Assembly: GCA_009103225.1 (NCBI GenBank)
Contig: RHPI01000810.1
Location: forward strand, 620,001-684,000
Direction of reading: 5' to 3'
Source of the DNA: Chlorokybus atmophyticus
Taxonomy: Eukaryota > Plantae > Mesostigma and Chlorokybus algae
Length of the DNA stretch: 64,000 bases
Position 1 is the first letter of the stretch. The number at the start of each line of letters is the position of its first letter. The notes beneath the pieces were generated by a model, which ran no database searches, had not been told where the DNA came from, and saw only the letters and a program-made list of their open reading frames with translations. Shown here piece after piece: positions 24,764-34,973 of the stretch. Position numbers and translations under genes: made by a program.

Positions 24764-27700
24764 GTGAGTTACAAAATAAACAACGACACTGAGTGTGGTT
24801 GTCATGGTGCCCAAGTATCATGGACCGTGGCTAAGCATATTCGGGGGGGGACTGTGTTGAAACAATTCACAAAGCGTGAGACGGGGACAGTGCGGTTGTC
24901 AGCGGTATTGATTAACCCACGCATCAGTCGCGGAATCTTAGCTACCTTTCAAGGGCGAGTAGTACCTTTACTGTAGACCTTCACAGACACGGCACAGGGT
25001 ATTACTAGCTCGTTCTTGGTTGACACCGGGGCAACGCATAACTTCGTCGAAGATAAATGGGTTATGCGCAATAAGATAGCGTGTAAACCCTCAGCCTTAC
25101 CAGCTGCTGGAACTGGAAGTGCGTTACCAGTAAAAGGTGAAATCAAGTTGAAAGTTAAGATTTGTAGTTATCAAGCCAATTTAACTTTCATCGTAGTACC
25201 CATTAACATAGCTGGTGTTGATGTGGTATTTGGCCAAGAATGGCAAAATCAAGTGTCTATTACATCAGATACTGCTGCACGGTTGTGCACAGTAAGAAAG
25301 GGGCGTAAGCGCATCACTTTGTCCGTGCAGGGGTCGCATAACTTGGAATACAAGCAAACAGACCCTGCGTTACTTACGGCGCTTCAAGTGAAGCGTGCGT
25401 TACATAAAAACACACCTGCTTTTTTGATGCACTTAACGTCGAGTGATGAAGTAGTGCCTGACAATACAGACATTGTGGCGGACATCGCTGAGAAATTTCA
25501 GGATGTGTTCACAAATGAGTTGCCGGGCTTGCCCCCTGATCGAGGTGTCGGACACACAGTACCTTTAATTCCTGCTAGTGAGCCTCCATTTCGGCCTATA
25601 TATAGGTTGAGCCCTCGTGAGAGGGGGGAAATGAAAACACAAATAAAAGAGTTATTAAAAAAAGGATTGATTGAACCAAGTTCTTCACCCTTTTGCGCTC
25701 CCATATTGTGTGTTACGAAAAAGAATGGGAAGTTGCGCATGTGTGTGGATTACCGTGCTCTAAACATGATCACGGTACAGATTAGATACCCGTTGCCAAT
25801 GATTGATGATGTGTTTGACAAGTTGTCAGAGAACGCGTACTTTAGTACGCTAGACTTGACAAGCGGCTATCATCAAATGTCTATAAGACAGCATTCAGGA
25901 CACCTACGGGTCATTATCAATACAAGTGTTACCTTTTGGACGACTAATGACTCATGCACCCGCTGTGTTTCAGAAGGAAATGAATAAATTTTTTGGTGAT
26001 ATGCTTGGTCAACATGTCGTGATATACTTGGATGACATCATTGTCTTCAGTAAAATAAAGGGAGAACATAGGCAACACTTGGAAGCGGTGTTTGCAAGAT
26101 TGCGCAAGCATCGTTTGTTGGCAAATCTCACCAAGTGTGATTGATGTAAAACGAAGTTGCGCTTTCTTGGTCACATTTTGAGTGGTACGAGTATCAAACC
26201 TGACCCTCGCAAAGTGCAAATTGTGAAAGAGTTTCCCCAACCTCAGGATATCCATCAACTACTGGTCGTTTCTAGGGTTGGCAAACTACTGTCGCAAGTT
26301 CATGATGGGGTGCTCGACAGTTGTCATGCCTTTCACCAAACTGTTGCGTAAAGATGCCCCGTTCACTTCGACAACAGCACAAGAAGCTGCTATGCAAAAG
26401 GTCAAGTTGGCTTTAACATCGGCGCCGGTGTTAGCACTGCCAAATTGGGACAAACACTTCACAGTGGTCAGTGACGCATCAACACTTGGGTGTGGTGCGG
26501 TACTTGCAAGTTGGTAGACCTTGTGCTTATGAAAGTAGGAAGTTCATTCCTGCAGAGGTGAACTACACGACAGAGCAAGAACTATTGGGTATAGTTCATG
26601 CTCTTGAGACGTGCAGATGTTACTTATAGGGTGTTTAGTTCACTGTTGTGACTGATCACAACCCGTTGGTGTATTTCTCAACACATCAAAACTTGTTAAG
26701 ACGGCAAGCACGCTGGACTGAGTTTTTGTCCAGGTTCACCTGGTTATGGGTGTTTCGGCCGGGCAGAACCAATGTGGCTGACCCTTTGAGTCGCTGCCCG
26801 TCATTACTGGCGGTAATGCGCGCGGTATTACTCGCGACACGCAGCACATTGTCTCCCGATGATGAGTTTGTGCAAACTTTTGTACGGGAATACACTTTAG
26901 ACCCGTGGTTTTCTAATGCAGACAACTTACAAAAAGTTTGACAAATGTGACAATTTGTATTACATGAGCAACAGTTTGGCGATCCCTGATCATCAGCTGA
27001 ACTGCGTGTAAAATGCATAGCGGATGTACACGATCCACCTTACGCTGGGCACTTTGGTAGTCGCAAGACCATTAAGGCGGCGCAACAGTTGTATTGGTGG
27101 CCATCGTTGCCTGCTGATGTGAAGCGCTATGTGGACACGTGTGACAAATGTCAACGTGACAAACCTTTACGTCAAAAGCCCGCTGGGCTACTGCGGCCGT
27201 TACCAGTTCCTGACAGTAAGTGGGAAAGTGTGAGTAAGGACCTTATCACTGAGCTCCCTGAGACATCGTTGGGTCATATGCGGTTGCAGTGTTTGTGAAT
27301 CGTTTGATCAAAATGGTTCACATCGTTCCTTGCCGTACGGAGATAGGCTCCCGTGATCTAGCAATGGTTTTTGTCGCGTCAGTGTTCAAGTTGCATGGCT
27401 TGCCTCGCAACATTGTCTCTAACCGTGACCCGAGGTTTGTGGCTCAGTTTTAGAAGTCGCTGTGCAACTTTCTGCATATACAGCAGCACATGAGTACCGC
27501 TTATCATCCGCAGACGGATGGTCAGACTGAACGCGCCAATTACTTGATTGAAGAAACCATTCGGCATTATGTGAGTCCGAGTCAGTCCGACTGGGATGTT
27601 TATCTTCCAATGGCTGAGTTCGCGATTAACAATGCGTGGCAAGAGAGCGTGCAGGAAACTCCGTTTTTTAAAAAATTACGGAGTGCTTCTACAAAGTCCT

Positions 27701-28290
27701 GCCAGTATTTAGTTGCCAGCTAACGACTTGACTCGCGTGCCTGCAGCGCGCGAGATGGCTGCGGCCATGCAAGACAGGTTAGCATTGGCAAAAAGCTGTC
27801 TGCGCGCAGCGCAAGATAGACAGAAAGCCCAAGCTGATAAGCATCGTGGGCAGCCAAACTATGATGTGGGCAATTCGGTGCTTTTAAGCACTAAAAACAT
27901 ATCCATCAAGGGAGTGGGTACCCGAAAGTTTTTCCCTCGCTGGATAGGCCCCTTCAAAGTGGTTAATCGGGTCAGCACTCACGTGTATCGTTTGCAGTTA
28001 CCACAATCCATATGTATACATAACGTGTTTCATGTGAGTGTACCAAAACGTATCGTTCAGACGGTCGGGTACAACCTCTTCCACCCCCTGTCGCAGTGGA
28101 TGGCGATGATACTTTTGAGTACGAGGTGGAAGCAATCCTGAGTCACCGTAAGCCCTGACGCGGACGCGCGCCGACTTATTCGGTAAAATGGAAAGGGTAT
28201 AGTGTTAAACGCAACACGTGGGAACCCGAAAGAGATCTTACCAATTGCCAGGAGATTCTTCGGGCGTACTGGAGTGATGTGTCCGCACGC
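24764..28290 (+). pseudogene. pol: pol (protease, RT, RNase H, integrase, chromodomain) with stops and frameshifts
   Basis: LVDTGATHNF; LRMCVDYRALN; YLDDII; VSDAS; TDHNPL; H..PYAGHFG..K; STAYHPQTDGQTER; GPFKV..NVFHVS; YEVEAIL..VKWKGY..TWEP. Confidence 0.92.
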
Positions 28291-28452
28291 GGACGGGAAA
28301 AGGGTGATGGCAGACCTTTTTACCGCTTCGGCCCTGGTTCTTTTCTCACTCAGGTTTTCAGTGCTCGCGGTGGGGCCTTGCTAACCCTTCAATGAGGACA
28401 TTGAAACCTAAGGGGGGGGGGGGGGGGGGGGGGGNNNNNNNGGGGGGGGGGA

Positions 28453-28775
28453 TGTAACGGAGTGCTACCGCTATGTGGTTCCCCGCCCTTATTAAATGAG
28501 AAATAAGGGTTCCAACGGGATAAACACAGCCATTAAAGTCGTATTAGGGCCTGTATAAGCCCTAATAAGGTGTCATGTTATTTAACACCGATATCGACTT
28601 GAGACATGAGTCTCAAGTCGATATCGGCCGCATGGCTTTGCTGCTAATGTAGCAACCGCTATAGCTAGGGGATCTTTCGATCCCCTGGCTGTCTGCGGCG
28701 GCGGCGGCAGCGTGGCTGTGGTTGGTGGTGTTGGGGTAGGGGATTAAAGGGGGCGGTAGCACCCCCCTTCTTACA
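28453..28775 (+). repeat. 3' LTR (323 bp) containing several hairpins; preceded by a poly-G PPT at 28412-28451
   Basis: Starts TGTAACGG, ends TTACA followed by the TSD GCGTA. Confidence 0.9.
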
Positions 28776-30279
28776 GCGTAGCACTCTTGCTATGGCGACG
28801 TCAGCCCTTTGGCCCTGCCTAGATGCCGACGACAACACTATCGCATTGTATGAGCAAGGCCACGCAACATGAACGAAGCCATGCAGGCTGTGGGGTGGGG
28901 AGGGATGAGTCGCGCAGCAGCCGCCAACTGCAGCAGGGCCAAGTTGCAACGTCCTTGTGGTCGTGCATGCAGACGCCTGCTTGGACAAGCAAGTCTAACC
29001 TCTATTTCTCGCCTCTCTTCTACAATCTACAAGTGATTGAGTGTCGCCGTCCATCTGCTTATTGCTGTGCACGCCCACCTGCTGCTGCTTACGACTTTGG
29101 TGTTGGGCTGATACTTGGGATGAGTTGGAGTAAGTTGTGCATAGCTCTGCCTTGGCCCCCATGTGATAGCATCACTGCTTGCTTATATGTGCCCAACTAC
29201 CACTTACTTTGGGTTTTGCCATGTGCAATCTTCACATAAAGATAGAGTTTAGGGACGGCACGCACACCAAACGGTATAATATTCTAGATAGGGGCAAAAG
29301 TGAAGGATGGGGCTTGAAAACGGCGAGGTGAAAAGTAAAAAAATGGCGTGCAGATTACAATTGTAATATTGATTGTTACCGCTACCGTGCTAATCTGGCC
29401 GCCCCGCGCGTTCTCTCCTAACACCCCATTACGGGCTGCTTAAAATAATCTGCATGCTGCAGGAAAAGTTATGTGTCCACTATCTGCTAATTGATTTTCA
29501 TGTGTTTGTATGTTATGTCTCCACCATGCTTCTGGCATATGCAAAATAGTAGCTTGCACTGGTTGTACACATATATGTGTACTGAGATAGCCATATAAGC
29601 CAACCCTCCAATACCCCAAGCAAACATGTATTACTTTGGTAGCTTAGGATAACAAAAAATCGGCAGCCAAGCCCAACTGCCACATGGCGGATTTGACTGT
29701 CAGACCAGCAGCCAAGGTGTAATTGCAGCGTCCACATCGCATGACGTGTGATATTGCCGTTGATAGTTGTAGATGTATAGCATAAGTCAATATGTACAAG
29801 TTGCATGTGCACGATTACTTTATGTAAGCTATACACAAACATGAAAAAATGCTAACATCACATCTCGTGTTGCTTGACATAAATCTCGTAATGTTCCCTC
29901 ATGCGTCTGCTGTTGAGGCCTTATTAAGCGTTAATTTGGTCATAAAAACACATGTTACCTTTTGAAAAGGATATATATACTTTGCATGTAATTCGACTCG
30001 ACTCGTACAAGTACACCAAGTTGCAAAGTGTGTTAAACCAAGATTTTACCGATAAATCGTGCTGTAAAGTTGTGTAAATACAATTTCATAATGTTCAATT
30101 CAACTGTTGATGAGCATGTTTTACAAAACGATGACACTGACATTGTGTGCTCATCCATGTTGGACGCTAATTGTTTTTATCTTTTGCAACATGATGCCGT
30201 CAAGCATAACGCTATATTATATTTCGTTCATATTATAATGTTTGTAAAAAACGATATTTACAACTTGCACGCATGTACT

Positions 30280-31200
30280 ACTATAGACTGTCAACAGGCA
30301 GTAACAAATTACTGACAAGCCTAGGTACCCTTTTTTTTTGCACATGACATAATGTAGCAACCTCATAGTAAACATTGAGAATGTCGTGTAGGTTCCATGT
30401 CCAATATTCTTGACATGAATTTGTTATGCCTTGCATCGTTGCAATGCTTTTACAATCCAGTTGCTTGAAATACCAGCAGCCATGCAACAATTGTACTTTT
30501 GCCTTACCACGTCATACATGATCGCACTGGAATCCTGCCTGCGTACAAAGATTTGCTCGATCGCAACCATTTGTCGCGTACTTCCGAAAGTCGCAAGGTC
30601 GCTGCATGCCCTTCCACAGTTGCTGTGCAGCAGCTTGCAGCGCGCGGCACGACACACGCCTGCAGTACCCATATTTGATACAATGGCCGCCGGCGCCGAC
30701 TAGTGCAGTGTTACTTCGTCGAACAGTCATGCCCGCTTGGCGATGCAAGACGACGCAGTTGCAGAGCGCAGGCCGTACCGTTCAGCCGTACCTTAACTTT
30801 GAACGTGCATCGTTGCTGCCGCGTGGCAAGCTGCCAAGCCAGCCGGCAGGCAGCTATCGCGCGCCGGACGGCTAAGAAACTCTGCTCGTACAACTGCACC
30901 AAAAAGCCCCTTTCTTCAAATTCACTCACCACGTGTACACGTTTAGTACCACTGTACCGGTTGCAGTTATGGTACCAGAGGTACAGCTGCTGTACCGGTC
31001 GCTTTGCGTACCACCGACCGTGTAGGCGCATTGCGCTGGTCAATACAGTCTGATATACACATCAAATGAATGTATTGCATACCATCATTTACTTTCCAAC
31101 CAAGCCGGTAGATTGGCAGTCGATCGGCAGAGGGCTTCCCGTACCGATCTGCACCGCGTGGTTCCGTTCGACGGCGCAGCACAAGGTAGGGCCCCATAGC
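30280..31200 (-). pseudogene. Tentative degenerate Mutator-like (MULE) transposase fragment
   Basis: EFEERGFLVQLY...RCTFKVKVRL...HDC resembles the MuDR/WRKY-GCM1 zinc finger, followed by KYGY...QAAAQQLW; heavily frameshifted, no catalytic motif confirmed. Confidence 0.3.
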
Positions 31201-31983
31201 CTTGGTGCTGCCGGTAGCTTGACGGCCTGCTTTGTGTCGCAGCTGTCTGCCGGCGCCGCAGGGGCGGCGGCGGCCGCGACGGCGCTTGTGGGGTGGTTGG
31301 TCGAGGTGGAGAGCGGGGTTAATCTGCGAGTAGCTGGCAGGAGTCTTCTGGGACGGGGTGGAGACATTTTCGCCGAACGGCTTTCATTCGCCAAGGCGTC
31401 AGGTTTGTGCCGGGCGTGTCGCCGCCTTCTGCTGCTTGTGTGCTAGCTTCTTGCTCAGCTCCGTCGCCAGGCGCTTCCTGTTTGCTCTACATTGGCCTAA
31501 CGGTAGTGTCGGTACTGGGTCGTGAGGCTAGCGCTTGACTCGGTGTTGGCACCGCGATGCAGCATAGCTAAGCACTCTTCAACCCTAAAGCTGTCTTAAG
31601 GCAGCAACTGCCGCTTTTCTCCAGAGGCCAGGGTGTTCTCCGTTTAAACAACGCAATCGCTACATTCAACTGTCGTTTGCACGTACACCTGTAGGCCCTG
31701 GAGGTCTTGTTGCTGCCCCTGTCCCCGTGTGCGATTGCAACGTCCTTCAGAGTTTAGCTTCATGTCATTCACCTATCAAGCTGATATAGTGACAGCTCAA
31801 TTGTAACAGCTTGCGGCAGCTAGGGATATGTGTTGCTTATTCGCTCCTGCTGGCCCAGGTCCAGCTTACGCTGCCTTGCCTATACTTTATAAACCCTCAG
31901 CAGCTGCGTCTGTGGGTATGTTGTACTAGTAGCTGACTTTTAGTTTAATCACTTGCAGGCTGGAACAAGAGACCGAGTCGGTC

Positions 31984-33545
31984 ATGGCCCGGACTGCCAT
32001 GAAACTGGATGTACAGTCGCCAAATGATGTTGCCGTTGCTGCAGCTTCGCCATCCATATCTCCGGAGGACGGCGTATATGATGACAGTTCCGATGGGGCT
32101 GTCAGCACGCGTGGCGGCCGCTCGCAGCGCAAGCAGCAGAACAACCACAAATACATTCGTTACACACCCGAGCAAGTAAGAGGCATGGTCTTGAAGCTTA
32201 ACCACCCGTTCATTTGCCAAACCATGTTGCCAAGTAAACGCACTAGTGTAGTAGGGCTCCCATGTTGTCAAGCTATCCTTGCTTACGCGAGTGTCGCAGG
32301 TGGAAGCTTTGGAACGCGTTTACTTGGAGAGTCCCAAGCCTAGCTCTTCGCGCCGGCAGCAGCTGATCGCCGACTGTCCCATATTGCGCAATATTGAGCC
32401 CAAACAGATCAAAGTCTGGTTCCAGAATCGGCGGTAAGCGATCACGCATAGCAAGTCAGGCATGTGGCGCACATTTTTTCCTTGCTGACTCTGGTCTGGC
32501 AGGTGTCGTGAGAAGCAACGTGCAGAGAGTGTGAAACTGCGGTCTCAGAACAACAAGTTGTTGTCAATCAACAAGCAGTTGCTGGAAGACAATGCAAGAC
32601 TGCAGCGCCAGTATGCAGTCCTCACTGCAGAAATGGAACAGCTCAAGCAAGCAGCACTGTTAGCGGGTCAGGTGAGTTCCACACAGGACGTTGTTGTCGT
32701 TGGACAGCGTGCCCACCATCTCACCGCATGCCCTGACAACTCCTCCGCACAGGTCATGGTGCCAGTGAAGCAGCAAGGCGAGGATGCACCTTGGCTGTCA
32801 CCGTACTACACTGGACTGGCATCAAGCATACTCAGCAGTTACAGGTAATGAGACAAGCCTCCAGGCACAGCTTGCCTTGAATTTGTCAGCATGGATACCA
32901 TTGTATACTGAAGCATGATCACCCAACAGGCACCACACAGGAATTTCTCTGATCACCAAGGAAGAAGAGGCTCTGTACAACAACAATCCGGCATTGGCAT
33001 TGTGGAGTGCAAAGCCTCCCACCATTTTTCTTGAGTGGCGTGGGCAGCCTGTCTTTACGTATGCCAACCGTAATGGCCTCGCGTTCTATGACACCACTTT
33101 TGAAGAGCTCTCAAATCTAAGCTTCGGCAAAGTGGTTGATGAGAAAGGCCGCGCTGAGAGGGAGAATCTGCTGGCAATGATTGCGCACAAGGTGCGTATA
33201 CGCCTGCCAACGCTGCTGCTGGTTGCTTGAGAGTATTGATGTCTTACTGCTGAAGCCTGTGGTGATTAGGGTGCGGCTGGCTTGGCCTCTGGCGTGCGTT
33301 ATACTGCCAAAGGCGCTGCGGTCAAGTTCGAGCATGCCCTCATGTGGACGGTGAGTGCCAAGGACGGACTTTGCCTCCACCATGGCAGCAGCTTGTGGGC
33401 AAATTGTTTCCGTGCTCTGTGGGTCAGCACAAATACATGTAACATGTGGCAAATGCAGGTTTTTGAGGAGAAAACAGAGCAAGTGCTTGGTCTGGCCAGC
33501 ATGGCTTTCAACTGGTCAAGAGACCCTCTTCCGGAAGAGCTTTGA
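31984..33545 (+). CDS. Class III HD-Zip-like transcription factor lacking START/SAD (HD-LZ-MEKHLA, 338 aa); exons 31984-32175, 32300-32433, 32503-32671, 32753-32844, 32930-33191, 33270-33350, 33459-33545
   Basis: KYIRYTPEQVEALERVYLESPKPSSSRRQQLI..IEPKQIKVWFQNRRCREKQR (C3HDZ homeodomain with its insertion); heptad zipper; then LASSILSSYRHHTG, QPVFTYAN and FNWS (MEKHLA). All six introns GT-AG and in phase; 1017-nt CDS. Confidence 0.93.
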
Positions 33546-34973
33546 CACATATTACCCAGCATTTGACGCAGTTGGTGGTGTGAAAGGCAACTGTATATGT
33601 TCCGATGCTGACAGAAACCTCGAACTCGACAGTGAAGTACTGCGCGGGCAGTCGCGAGGATCGTCCGCCTACCAGCAACAGTTTGGTTGGTGCGGCTTTT
33701 TACCCTAAAACTGCAAGCAGTGTGTAGGCTCCGCAGATTGTGCAAATATCCACCCGCGCATGACAGTGTTGAGCCGTTGCGCATTGCAGGTAGTGGCATA
33801 TAGTGTACGTAGCTGGTATATGTGGCTTGTGTTGCGAACACGCGACATGTTATGTGTTCATAAAACGCGGAAGCAGGTTATGGTGTCATCATTAGTGGCA
33901 TATAAGTTTGTGACGACCTTGTTGTCGGTTGCCATTGTGTATGTACTTGACGCAAGTGCAACAAATACTCGCCAAAGCTGTGGGCCTCAGGGTGCTTAAG
34001 AATGCCCCAAAGCCACTCCCCCTTTTCAATGGTGTATCGTGACCCTGCTTGCGCCTTTGCATGTGCAAGTGTATACCTAAGGCACAACTAGCTGCATGGA
34101 CATAGTGCATAAACCCTACCTTGCATACATCGTATGCCTCGAGTTGGTTGCTGCATTGGTGACATGTGCTGCCTTCTGCCTGCCTCACCCACCATAGCAT
34201 CGAACAGCACATCAGAGTGAGGTAGTGGCTTCCGATGTAATAGCATTGGTTTTTGGTAACTTACATTGCAAATAGTTGTCCTACCTTGCTTTCTGCACAT
34301 GTTCCACCTTTCAGCACAGTTTGACTAGATGGTTGACTATGACGTATATCCTACGCATAACACAACTCACACGTCTGCGACAACAACACCTATTTACACA
34401 ATCACCGGCTTAACCAATCACGCAAGCTAGTATACTTGTACTTGTGTGCTTGAGTGCGGTTGTATGCTATGCATTGGAACTACTGGACATCTCATACCAC
34501 GTTGCTCACCACTCTAATGGCCCAAACCCCGTGCAACACATCTGCAAGCACATGCGTCAGCATAACCTATCTGCCCAAAATGTGTCTTTGGCGCCACTCG
34601 TGCCCCTCATTCACGTTGCCCCGTATGGGTTAACTGGTCCATTATGCCTACTATGGCATGTGTACATGGTCGCATAACGTTTGTCATACTTAGTATATAT
34701 AACACAGTCAATAGCACAGCACAACCACACATGCAACCACCCGTTATGCATAAACGACTATACCATGCCCTTTCACATACACCCATTCGTATTGCCCTCG
34801 ATCCATTGCTGCCAATGTGACGTCCGTTGTTAATAATGTCATCATCAATAGTGCCCACCTCGACACGGCTCCCCGCTCCATCATCGCCCACGCCTTGATC
34901 GCTGCAGTGCACATGCCGCGCTTTGGTAGAACATTGTGATGAAGCCTCTCAGTTGGCGTAAATGCAGCCTTTA

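Larger units (their letters stand above)
22133..28775 (+). mobile_element. Full-length, decayed Ty3/gypsy chromovirus LTR retrotransposon
   Basis: TG...CA termini; identical 5-bp TSD GCGTA at 22128-22132 and 28776-28780; PBS-like TGTTATCGGAGC; poly-G PPT; gag-PR-RT-RH-IN-chromodomain order. Confidence 0.95.
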
